Shown: positions 38,613 through 47,304, counted from the first letter of the stretch. The stretch is 64,000 nucleotides of DNA from Eubacteriales bacterium (GCA_045635225.1 JAZRBV010000014.1:3544-67543); one strand, 5' to 3'. Numbers and translations: made by a program. The notes: generated by a model not told the origin, from the sequence alone.

Positions 38613-38880
38613 GGAGTATAACCGGTCGGAAGAATGCGAAAATAAAAACTTAATATTTGGACCATTAGCTCAGTTGGTTAGAGTTTTGTATCATAATCAA
38701 GCGTGAGCGAGTCTGTGCTCGCACAAGCGAGGCACGCGCAGATTGCTCCGTGAGCGCATCGTTTTGCGATGCAGGGTGCGAAGCGCCCATGCCCCGAGGC
38801 GGCTCACAAGGAGTATAACCGGTCGTATAAATGCGAAATTTAAAATTTAATATTTGGACCATTAGCTCAGTTGGTTAGAG
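38613..38880 (+). repeat. 71-bp duplication including the 5' 25 nt of tRNA-Ile2, separated by a 126-bp hairpin-rich insert
   Basis: Copies at 38613-38683 and 38810-38880, 65 of 71 bp identical. Confidence 0.9.
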
Positions 38881-38932
38881 CTACCGGCTCATAACCGGTC
38901 GGTCCTAGGTTCGAGTCCTAGATGGTCCACCA
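38856..38932 (+). tRNA. tRNA with CAT anticodon, most likely tRNA-Ile2 (lysidine type)
   Basis: 77-nt cloverleaf GGACCATTAGCTCAG...CTCATAA...GGTCCACCA. The GGACC acceptor stem resembles Firmicutes Ile2 rather than fMet. Elongator Met is not formally excluded. Confidence 0.9.
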
Positions 38933-38933
38933 A

Positions 38934-38970
38934 CAAAAAGAGGTCAGCCCTTGCGGTTGACCTCTTTTTG
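38934..38970 (+). terminator. tRNA terminator
   Basis: caaaaagaggtca / tgacctctttttg stem. Confidence 0.8.
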
Positions 38971-39174
38971 TTGTCGGAGCCGTCTCGATTGACTCAACCT
39001 AGTTTTCGCAGGCAAAGCCGAGAAAATAGGTTCGCATTCCCGCCGCAGAGCGCGTCGAGCTCGCTCGTAAGCGGCAAGGCGAGGAATATTGATGCTCGTC
39101 GTCAAAATACTAGAGGCTATCTCTAATATGTTGTAGCACTACAAGGGGCTGTAACGTATTTTCCCCGGTGAATA

Positions 39175-39203
39175 TTGACATAGAATAAGTTATATGCTAC
39201 AAT
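39175..39203 (+). promoter_or_regulatory. Sigma-A promoter TTGACA-N17-TACAAT
   Basis: Motifs at 39175-39180 and 39198-39203. Confidence 0.75.
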
Positions 39204-39228
39204 TATTCGAGAGAAAAAAGTCGGGAGG

Positions 39229-40296
39229 GTGGCAATGTTACTTTTATTGAGACCTAAGAACGGATCTTATGTGGGCCTTGCGAGCGAATATCAGACTAAT
39301 TTTTGTACCGAGGGTGCTAAAAGGCTGCGTGCTGATATGGACGCGGAGCAGTTAAAATTTATTTGGAACGACGTTGCTCCCGGACAAGACAGAGACGAGC
39401 ATTCTCACCCTGCGCCGGTATGCTTTGAGTGGCGGGACAGACCTTGTGAGATAGGTCACAATAACAGGAAAATATATACCTTTTTGGTTATATCCGAAAA
39501 TGCGGACATGTCTTCTCCCGAGGTTTATATCACTGCCGGCTCGTCGATGAAGGTTTACAATCTTAAAATTGCAACGAGGTATTACTGGTTCGTGCAGAAA
39601 AACGGACGGCGCAGTGAGGTTTATAGCTTCGTTACGGAGGATATTGCTCCTCGCTTTCTGCGCATAGTAGGCGTTTCAAACGTCCGTGATATGGGAGGCT
39701 ACAAGCTTATCGGCGGCGGTGTAATACGCCAGGGGCTGATGTACCGAGGAAGTGAATTTGAAAACAAGGTGCATTTATCCAAGGAGGGTGCAGAGGCTCT
39801 TGCCGCACTTAAAATAAAAACCGATCTGGATCTTCGAGGTGAGGCGAAAATATCGGTTGAGCATCCGACCTCGGAGCTACTCGGAATGAACAGGATATCT
39901 CTTGTCTCGGAGGCGTATGCAGGCTTGTTTGACGAAGGCGAGAGGGAAGAGCTTTATACCTTCTTTTCCACCTTTGCGAGCCCTGAAAATTATCCTATTT
40001 ATTACCACTGCCGAGGGGGCGCTGACAGGACGGGCTCATACGCCTTTATCCTTGGCGCACTTTACGGAATGACTCTTGAGGATCTGATCCTTGAATACGA
40101 GATCACTTCTATTTCTATCTGGGGCGGAAGAAACCGTAATCATCATCTCTTCAAGGAATTTCTTGACCGCTTCAACCGGCTTTCCGGCGAAGCTCTATCC
40201 GATAAAGCGAGAGCCTTCCTCCTCGAGTACGCCGGTCTTTCAACGGCGCAGATAGATAAAATCTATGAAATCGCCGTTTGTAAGGACGGAAAATAA
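39229..40296 (+). CDS. Tyrosine-protein phosphatase (PtpB/IphP-like) with N-terminal extension
   Basis: NVRDMGGY, DLDLR and the CX5R P-loop HCRGGADRTG. Confidence 0.88.
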   Translation: MAMLLLLRPKNGSYVGLASEYQTNFCTEGAKRLRADMDAEQLKFIWNDVAPGQDRDEHSHPAPVCFEWRDRPCEIGHNNRKIYTFLVISENADMSSPEVYITAGSSMKVYNLKIATRYYWFVQKNGRRSEVYSFVTEDIAPRFLRIVGVSNVRDMGGYKLIGGGVIRQGLMYRGSEFENKVHLSKEGAEALAALKIKTDLDLRGEAKISVEHPTSELLGMNRISLVSEAYAGLFDEGEREELYTFFSTFASPENYPIYYHCRGGADRTGSYAFILGALYGMTLEDLILEYEITSISIWGGRNRNHHLFKEFLDRFNRLSGEALSDKARAFLLEYAGLSTAQIDKIYEIAVCKDGK

Positions 40297-40634
40297 AATC
40301 GGAGAAGAGATATAAGTAAATGTTGTCGGTTCGACTTTCGTTAAAGATGGTCCACCAAAATAAAAAGACGAACCGTGGTTCGTCTTTTTATTTATCCAAG
40401 ACCGAAGGGGTTGGTATGGCATCAAGCGATAGCTTGTATTTCTCCGTCTTCCTTCGTTCTTGATTCCATACTCGCCTTTAGCGAGATTCTATGCCGCAAC
40501 GAGTTGCGGATTCCATTCACGGCTTTGCCGTGATTTGGTACGAAAGCGAGAAATATTGACGCTCGCCGTCAAAATCCTAGATGTGACCACTCGAACCTCG
40601 CAAGAGGATTGGTTTTCGTTTTGTTTTTTCTATG

Positions 40635-40666
40635 AATTGTCCCCGACAAGCTGTCGGGGACAATTC
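40635..40666. terminator. Terminator downstream of the Fic gene
   Basis: gaattgtccccgaca / tgtcggggacaattc perfect stem. Confidence 0.72.
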
Positions 40667-40685
40667 TGTATGTTTGGTTTGTGTT

Positions 40686-41537
40686 TTATTCTTCCTCGTA
40701 GTAATATGAATAGTCAATACCCTTCATAAACAATTCTCTATCGTTAATTTTGTCTGTTAAAGCATTCTGTATTAAAGAGAAAATTTCGTTTGCGCTAAAA
40801 GGACTTTTTTTCATCGCCTCAAGATATTTAGTTTTATCTATCCCGCTCCAATCAACGCATTTACCTAAATTCTTTTTCAAAATCAGATCAAGCCAAATTC
40901 TCGTAGCTCGTCCATTACCTTCCATAAAAGGATGCGCTACGTTCATTTCTACGTATTTTTGAACGATCTCTTCGAGAGTGCTTTCGGGCATTTTTTCAAT
41001 CGATTTCAAATTTTCTTCCAGATACAATGCGTTAGCAAATTTGAAACCGCCCTTGCTGATATTATGCGTTCTGATTTGACCGGCAAAATCGTAAAGGCCG
41101 CCGAAAATAAAGGAGTGAATTTGCTTTAGTCCCTTGACTGTTCCGACCTCAATGTTTTCAATCAATCCGCCCTCAAGCAAAGAATATGCCTTTTGCTTGC
41201 TTTTCTCGTCAATCGTTGTGCCCATTGTTTTCATCCAATGAGTAAATGCCGCCGTTTTTTTGCTCGGGATAACCATGATCAGTGTATTTACACCGTCATC
41301 GTCAATAACATCGGTTAAATACGATTTACCATCCTTAGCCATCAATTTCAGTTGTCCGCAAATTGAAGACAACTGAGGATTTCTGCTTTTTATGGTATTC
41401 CAATATTTTCTCGGAGATTTGCTACCCGTTAATGCTTCGGCAATATCTACAGCGCAAAACCACCACTTGGAGCTTTCATCATTCCATACCGCGCGCACGG
41501 GAATATTGTCAAAAAAACGAATAGAAGTTTTGATCAC
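40686..41537 (-). CDS. Fic/DOC family protein with an N-terminal BRO-like domain
   Basis: Canonical [12 protein letters not shown]. The N-terminal VRAVWN...[11 protein letters not shown]...YW is BRO-N-like. GTG start with RBS aaggagg. Confidence 0.88.
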   Translation of the reverse strand: MIKTSIRFFDNIPVRAVWNDESSKWWFCAVDIAEALTGSKSPRKYWNTIKSRNPQLSSICGQLKLMAKDGKSYLTDVIDDDGVNTLIMVIPSKKTAAFTHWMKTMGTTIDEKSKQKAYSLLEGGLIENIEVGTVKGLKQIHSFIFGGLYDFAGQIRTHNISKGGFKFANALYLEENLKSIEKMPESTLEEIVQKYVEMNVAHPFMEGNGRATRIWLDLILKKNLGKCVDWSGIDKTKYLEAMKKSPFSANEIFSLIQNALTDKINDRELFMKGIDYSYYYEEE

Positions 41538-41753
41538 TTTTGCCTCCTTATAGCAGTCATTTTGCCTAACTGAAATTATCATATATATTATATCACTTTT
41601 TCCCGTTTTTTGCAAGTCAAATGTGTAAAAATGCCAAAATTGCAACGTTGATTTTTAGGCGGATGAGTTGTCGTCTTGATATCGCGAAGCGACGCCACAT
41701 GTAAGGGGACAAGCACGCGCCTCGGTGATAAAACACATTTTGTGTCACGCATC

Positions 41754-41782
41754 TTGATTTTTAACGTTTAATGTGCTATAAT
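41754..41782 (+). promoter_or_regulatory. Sigma-A promoter TTGATT-N17-TATAAT
   Basis: Motifs at 41754-41759 and 41777-41782 with an extended -10. Confidence 0.6.
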
Positions 41783-41871
41783 TAGTTGAAAATAAAAATA
41801 TGTTAAATAAGGCACTTGTTTTTTAAAAAGCAAATGCTTTATTTTAAAAAGCAACATTTGTGAGGTTTGAA

Positions 41872-42822
41872 ATGGCTTGTAATTTATGTGGGGGAGAAAG
41901 TGGAAAGTACTTTCTTTGTTTTAAGTGCAACAAACTTAAAGATGAAGGCAAGGCATTAAAGTGCCCGGATTGTAGCAAATGGTTTTACGCGGATAAAGGT
42001 TGCTCTTGCAAATCAGCAACACCAAGACCAGACCCCAAAATCGTTAAAGCGCCGCCGGCGCAAAAAAACGAAAAGGCTGCCGGAGATGGTGTCTGTATAG
42101 TTTGTGCCAATAGCGCCCCGAATGGTCACCTTTGTCGTGATTGTTACTACGAAATGCGCGATTTCAAGGACAGTTTTGACAAAAATTCAAAGCCGTTTGA
42201 TATGAAAGATTATTATTTTAATCTTCGATCAAACATATATCGCATGAAAACGTTCGACTTTATCAAAAGCAACTGTAATAAGTTGATGGCTATTGCGAAT
42301 TTTGTTTTTGAATTATTCCATGATACGTCTTTGACCGATAGGGTAGTGAATGATATAAAGGATATTATTGAATCTAAAAAGCCAAAAGAAGAAGTAAAGA
42401 TTTCTGAAGAAGTTAAGCAAAAGGATAGCCACAAAGAAGAACTTAGAAGAACGTGCGACGGGCACTATGTTAAGAGTGATCCTGAAATTGTGGTTGACGA
42501 TATATTGTATGAAAATCGCATAGTTCATTGCTATGAGAAAAAGGTTCCTATCGATTCTGATGAACAAACTATAAAATGCGATTGGTTCATTCCGGTTACG
42601 GACAGTAGACATGGTATTTACATAGAATATTGGGGAATGAACACAAAAGAATATCTGCAAAATAAAGAACGCAAACGAAAGGCATACAAGGATCACGATA
42701 TACCTTTAATAGAAATCGAAAAAGACGACTACAAAGACCGTCAAGGATTGAGTGATAGAATAATATCTGAAATAAACAAACTCGCAAAAAAATATTACAA
42801 CGTAATAGATTATCTCAAATAA
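41872..42822 (+). CDS. Zinc-ribbon protein with a putative C-terminal PD-(D/E)xK-like nuclease domain
   Basis: Five CxxC motifs. C-terminal KS..E...D.LY...YEK...DWFI...IYIEYWG...K...Y pattern. AT-rich codon usage. Confidence 0.62.
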   Translation: MACNLCGGESGKYFLCFKCNKLKDEGKALKCPDCSKWFYADKGCSCKSATPRPDPKIVKAPPAQKNEKAAGDGVCIVCANSAPNGHLCRDCYYEMRDFKDSFDKNSKPFDMKDYYFNLRSNIYRMKTFDFIKSNCNKLMAIANFVFELFHDTSLTDRVVNDIKDIIESKKPKEEVKISEEVKQKDSHKEELRRTCDGHYVKSDPEIVVDDILYENRIVHCYEKKVPIDSDEQTIKCDWFIPVTDSRHGIYIEYWGMNTKEYLQNKERKRKAYKDHDIPLIEIEKDDYKDRQGLSDRIISEINKLAKKYYNVIDYLK

Positions 42823-43141
42823 AAGGTGCGAACGAGTAGTCATTATTTCAATTCAATTACCTAACTATTAGTAGCAGTTCAACTTTCGTGAATCTTGGTC
42901 CACCAAAATAAAAAGACGAACTTCAGTTCGTCTTTTTATTTATCCAAGACCGAAGGGGTTGGTATGGAATTGCGGCTCGTCCGCGTATGGCATCAAGCGA
43001 TAGCTTGTATTTCTCCGTCTCCCTTCGTTCTTGATTCCATACCGTCTGTGACGGATTCCATACGACACTTCGTGTCGATTCCATACCGCAACAAGTTGCG
43101 GATTCCATTCACGGCTCTGCCGTGATTTGGTACGGAGGGGT

Positions 43142-43349
43142 GTGAAGATGAAACTTACTATTAGAGTACAGCGAAGAATTGGCTATTAAAATAACAAAGC
43201 TTTGCTTTGAATACAAAATCGACTCCAACACCGTTTTTCAGATAAAGAAGTCCTCGTCAAGTGTTTTTGCGAACATAACCGAAGCTCAATATCCGCAGAG
43301 CCTTGCGGATATGCATATGAGGTGTTTGGGAAAGAAATTATTGAATTAA
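43142..43349 (+). pseudogene. Frameshifted, truncated four-helix-bundle protein (23S rRNA-IVP/TIGR02436-like)
   Basis: The frame from 43152 reads NLLLEYSEELAIKITKLCFEYKIDSNTVFQIKKSSSSVFANITEAQYPQSLADM and then diverges. The upstream GTG/ATG is out of frame. Confidence 0.75.
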
Positions 43350-43533
43350 TAAGAGATAAATATAACTTTAGGTAAATATAATGTTTTATAGTTTTAATTT
43401 AGGCTTTCGCAAAGCTTGCTTTGCCGACAAAAGATGGATAGCCTTTACGGTTAACTAGTTTTTTGTTTTTATGGTATGGTTATCGCGAAAAATGAACTGT
43501 AATTAGTCTCTTATTATAATGTTATTGAAAGCA

Positions 43534-43749
43534 TTATATCTTTGCTATATCTATTTGATCGCAAAACATATGTTCTACTTCATGCTCTATGTAAGGCCAA
43601 AGCAACTCGATTATTTGCGATTCACATAGATTGTCCTCTACGGAAAATATGGGACTGATGTAGTATCCGTCTAATCTATACAAATCTTCATCTCTGTTTC
43701 TTTGTCCAATAATGTGAATGTTATCTCTAACAATGATTCTAATATTCAT
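43534..43749 (-). CDS. Small hypothetical protein
   Basis: 71-aa ORF with RBS aaggag in AT-rich accessory DNA. No family recognised. Confidence 0.45.
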   Translation of the reverse strand: MNIRIIVRDNIHIIGQRNRDEDLYRLDGYYISPIFSVEDNLCESQIIELLWPYIEHEVEHMFCDQIDIAKI

Positions 43750-43924
43750 GGTTTAAACTCCTTTGGTTTTCGTTAGTGAACATTTTTCGGATAACCACAT
43801 TAAGTATTATATCTATCGTGAAAAATAAAAAAACCCCCCTAAAACCATCTGCTTGAGAGCACGGCTATTATTCTCTTGCACAATTCGACAAAATATGCTA
43901 TCATATATTTAGTTTTTCCGAAAG

Positions 43925-44899
43925 GTGCGCTATGCTTTTGCGCGGTTTATGATAAACAAAAGAAATCCCGTGCTGATATCCTATATCGGCATCGTGTCGG
44001 TCATACTTATATGGGGACTCGTTCCGCTCGCTAAGAAGACGCTGATAGGCGGCAGCTTCTCGGCGGCGGTGTATAGCACGATCACCACGTTTTCGGCGGC
44101 GTGCGTGCTGCTCGTCTTGTCGCGCAGACGACTTTCCGAGCTCGGGGCGGGCTACTTTAAGGTCGCTGTTCCCACGGGACTGTGTGTCGGACTCGCGAGT
44201 GTGCTTCAGGCTCTCGCATATAACTTTGATACCTCGCCGACAAATCAGGCGTTTCTCGAAAACCTCTCCTGTATCACGGTACCGCTGATACTGCTTTTTG
44301 CTGTGCGAAAGAAGCCGTCTGCTCTGACGGTGGCGGCGAGCATACTCTGTCTCCTATCTTCGATGGTGCTCGCAGGTGTAGTTGATACGGGCATCAGCTT
44401 TAGGGCGGCGGATATCCTTAACGCGGTCGCGGGACTGCTGTACGGAGTCAACATCGCGGTTACGGGAATATATGCGAAAAAATATCAGGCATCGCTTTAC
44501 GTGATGATACAGCTATTTATCCAAGCGGCGGTGTCGGCGCTGATGGCGCTGTCGTTCAATTTTGTCTGTATCGGCGGTGAGCCGATCGACCCCTTCGTCT
44601 TCACTCCTGCCGTGTGGCTCGTGCTGTGCGTTGCGTGTATCGGAATTCTCGCAAATGCGGTGTGCTGGACTCTGCGCACGTCGGCTATGAGATACGTTTC
44701 TGCAAACGTCGTTGCCGTCATGATGCCGTTCTCGGCAGTTATCACGGGCGTCGCGGCGGTAATCGTCGGGCAGGACAGTGCGTCACCGTCGCTTGTGATC
44801 GGCGCTGTGCTCGGACTTGCGGCGAGCCTTATATCGAGTGCTAACGACATACGAGAAAGCAAGAACTCAAAAGATAAAAGCGTTGATTTTTTATCCTAA
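43925..44899 (+). CDS. DMT (EamA) family transporter
   Basis: About 10 TM helices, LIWGL, TSPTNQAFL and a duplicated EamA architecture. Start uncertain. Confidence 0.85.
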   Translation: MRYAFARFMINKRNPVLISYIGIVSVILIWGLVPLAKKTLIGGSFSAAVYSTITTFSAACVLLVLSRRRLSELGAGYFKVAVPTGLCVGLASVLQALAYNFDTSPTNQAFLENLSCITVPLILLFAVRKKPSALTVAASILCLLSSMVLAGVVDTGISFRAADILNAVAGLLYGVNIAVTGIYAKKYQASLYVMIQLFIQAAVSALMALSFNFVCIGGEPIDPFVFTPAVWLVLCVACIGILANAVCWTLRTSAMRYVSANVVAVMMPFSAVITGVAAVIVGQDSASPSLVIGAVLGLAASLISSANDIRESKNSKDKSVDFLS

Positions 44900-45121
44900 A
44901 CACCTTGAATATGTAAAATATAGTTTACAAAATAAACAAAAATACCCCTCGAGATGTCAGATACGCTATAAATTGTAATGCACTTATATAGGTGCAAAAC
45001 AAATAATTTGGGGTTTAACAATGGCAAAGATAAAGAATGATTCTCTTGGCATCGGGGTGACTGCCGCGATTATTGCGCGTCCCGTGCGTAGCTATTTAAT
45101 CAGAGTTAATAATTGCAGGTA

Positions 45122-45150
45122 TTGACTTAATACGACAAATATGGTAAAAT
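45122..45150 (+). promoter_or_regulatory. Sigma-A promoter TTGACT-N17-TAAAAT
   Basis: Motifs at 45122-45127 and 45145-45150. Confidence 0.65.
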
Positions 45151-45188
45151 ATGCTTATGTGCTTTCGAATAAAAAAGTGTGAGGCGTT

Positions 45189-46262
45189 ATGTACTTATTT
45201 TACACTCTGGCTTTATTGATCCCGATGCTTGCGCTGAGACCGCGACGCGAGGGGGATGCGGCGATACTCGATGCGAGATCTACCACCTGCCTCAAGGGAA
45301 TATTCTGTATCTTCGTGCTACTGCACAACCTCGGTCTCGACGTCGCTGACGTGCCGTTCAAGGGGCTTATATGCGAATACTCCGGCGGCATCGGTGTTGG
45401 ACTTTTCTTCTTCCTTTCCGCGTTCGGAATCATCCGCTCATATCAGGCTAAGGGAAACAAATATCTTGTGAAGCTCCTTCTTGTGAACGTGCCTAAGCTC
45501 TGGGCGGTGGCGGTGTTCATAAATGCGATAACTTATTACTTCTTTATGCGAGGAACGCTCACCGGCGCTGACAAGTGGCTACAGATACTAAACCTCGATC
45601 TTTTCAACAATTTGCGACACATCAACCGACATGGCTGGTATATCGCCTCGATAATAGGCCTCTATATCATCTTCGCATTCGTGTATTTTGTGTGCAGTAA
45701 GCTGAAGAGTGAAAAGCGGTTTATCATCGCGGGAATCATTATGGCGGCGGTCGCGGTTTCGTTCCGACTCGCTACCAAGATAGCAATGGAGGGCGGACTC
45801 TATACAAGAGAGATGCCGGCGTTTGCGTTCGGATGCGTCTACGCTACGTTCTACGATAAGATAAACGCATTTTGCTCAAAGCATTTTAAGCTTGGACTTC
45901 TTGTATCGGTGCTCGCTTTTATTCTCGGCTTTGCGATCGAGTTTGAGGCACTCTCTACCTACGCCTCGGTGTTCATAATAGTTTTCGTGTCACAGCGGTT
46001 TACATATTACAGCAAGGCGGCACACTTCCTCGGCAAGATCTGTATCGGTGTCTATCTCTTCCTACACTTCTCGTCTATCGTTATGCAGCCTTTCATCTAC
46101 AACGAATACGTGTGGGTGCTGACGAATACCGGCTTCATTCTCGAGGCGGCGGTGATCATCTACGCCGTGCAGTGCGCGATCGAGCATTCTGTGCGACACC
46201 TGCATCGCTCGATTATAGGAATGAAAGCGCATGAGGCGAGAGCGGATCACGAAAAATCCTAA
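45189..46262 (+). CDS. Acyltransferase family 3 (OafA-like) membrane protein
   Basis: LKGIFCIFVLLHN, GVGLFFFLSAFG, WYI and LGKI...YLFLH motifs, with multiple TM helices. Confidence 0.85.
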   Translation: MYLFYTLALLIPMLALRPRREGDAAILDARSTTCLKGIFCIFVLLHNLGLDVADVPFKGLICEYSGGIGVGLFFFLSAFGIIRSYQAKGNKYLVKLLLVNVPKLWAVAVFINAITYYFFMRGTLTGADKWLQILNLDLFNNLRHINRHGWYIASIIGLYIIFAFVYFVCSKLKSEKRFIIAGIIMAAVAVSFRLATKIAMEGGLYTREMPAFAFGCVYATFYDKINAFCSKHFKLGLLVSVLAFILGFAIEFEALSTYASVFIIVFVSQRFTYYSKAAHFLGKICIGVYLFLHFSSIVMQPFIYNEYVWVLTNTGFILEAAVIIYAVQCAIEHSVRHLHRSIIGMKAHEARADHEKS

Positions 46263-46400
46263 ATGCGTTTGGAAAAATGATCTTTTGCCGGCGCAGTGCA
46301 TTCGCTTCGGACTTTGTGCACTTAATAAAATTCTGAATATAATAAAAAACGGTCACACCGACTCTGTCGCGAGAGGTGTGACCGCTTTGCTTTTTGTGAC

Positions 46401-47183
46401 TCATTCTCCGCGTATAATATCCCGTATGACCTCACTAGCTATTACGAGTCCCATTGCCGAGGGAACGAAGGATATGCTCGCGGGGGCGCGCTTGCCGTCA
46501 CCTTTTGTGGCTATCTCGGGGGACGTGTCGCAATTTTGCGCGATTTCAGCTGCGAGCGGCACGTCGGATGATGAGCCTATGACGGTCTCTCTTACGTAGG
46601 GGAGCTCCTCTGAGTAGACCACCTTGAGATGGTTGATTCCGAGTTTTTTGAGGCGAGTGCGTACCGCACGAGCGAGCGGGCAGACCTTAGTTTTCGAGAT
46701 ATCCGATACGCGGAAGGCGGTCGGGTCAAGTTTGTTGCCCGCACCCATCGCGGATATTATCGGCGTACCGGCGCGCTTTGCGGCGCAGATCAGCTCGATC
46801 TTCGCCGAGAGGCTGTCGATTGCATCTACCACGTAGTCGTAGGATGAAAAATCGAAGTCGCCCTCGTTATCCTTATCGAAGAAAACGGGGTATATCTCGA
46901 CCCGCGCCTCCGGGTTGATATCGGCTATTCGCTCGCGCATAACCTCAACCTTTTCTCTGCCGACGGTAGAGTGGAGCGCGATTATCTGTCTATTGATATT
47001 AGTTACCGAGACTGTGTCGTGATCGATGAGGTGAAGCTCGCCGACACCCGCTCTGGCGAGTGCCTCTGCGGCATAGCCGCCGACGCCTCCAATGCCGAAA
47101 ATCGCGACACGGGTCGCCTGTATGCGCCTGAGAGCGTCGACTCCGACGAGCATCTCGGTCCTTGTATGCTGGTTTTCCTTCAT
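46401..47183 (-). CDS. tcdA: tRNA threonylcarbamoyladenosine dehydratase (ThiF family)
   Basis: GIGGVGG, D.D.V..TNINRQ, AMGAGNKLDP, CPLAR and SISFVPS.MG. Confidence 0.9.
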   Translation of the reverse strand: MKENQHTRTEMLVGVDALRRIQATRVAIFGIGGVGGYAAEALARAGVGELHLIDHDTVSVTNINRQIIALHSTVGREKVEVMRERIADINPEARVEIYPVFFDKDNEGDFDFSSYDYVVDAIDSLSAKIELICAAKRAGTPIISAMGAGNKLDPTAFRVSDISKTKVCPLARAVRTRLKKLGINHLKVVYSEELPYVRETVIGSSSDVPLAAEIAQNCDTSPEIATKGDGKRAPASISFVPSAMGLVIASEVIRDIIRGE

Positions 47184-47198
47184 AGCTATTTTCTCCTT

Positions 47199-47300
47199 GC
47201 CTTCCCCCTTTGCCTTCCCCTCTGGGGAAGGGGGACCGCCGAGGCGGTGGATGAGGTTGTATTTGCGAAAGGTTTCCTAGCCTTCCCAAAAGGGGAAGGC
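47199..47300. repeat. REP-like hairpin cluster
   Basis: ccttcccc-tct-ggggaagg followed by gggaccgccgaggcggtggatgagg, plus a second hairpin gccttccc-aaaag-gggaaggc. Confidence 0.7.
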
Positions 47301-47304
47301 TTAG

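Larger units (their letters stand above)
40348..43134 (+). repeat. About 200-240 bp direct repeat (40348-40542 and 42896-43134): tRNA-Ile 3' end, terminator and GATTCCATAC hairpin array
   Basis: Both copies start tggtccacca-aaataaaaagacgaac and end gatttggtacg. They differ in array unit number and spacers. Confidence 0.92.

Noticed and set aside
38659-38830. Group I intron interrupting a tRNA-Ile(CAT)
   Set aside because: The 5' exon stops at nt 25, no T-arm or acceptor follows the insert, the insert is only about 126 bp, and I saw no P7 core. An intact tRNA follows.
3065-43134. CRISPR array interpretation of the mini-arrays
   Set aside because: Repeats are only 7-10 bp, spacers are 10-14 bp and palindromic, and no cas genes are present. 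This does not fit CRISPR dimensions.
34700-43800. Intact prophage or ICE
   Set aside because: No integrase, relaxase, terminase or structural genes were recognised.
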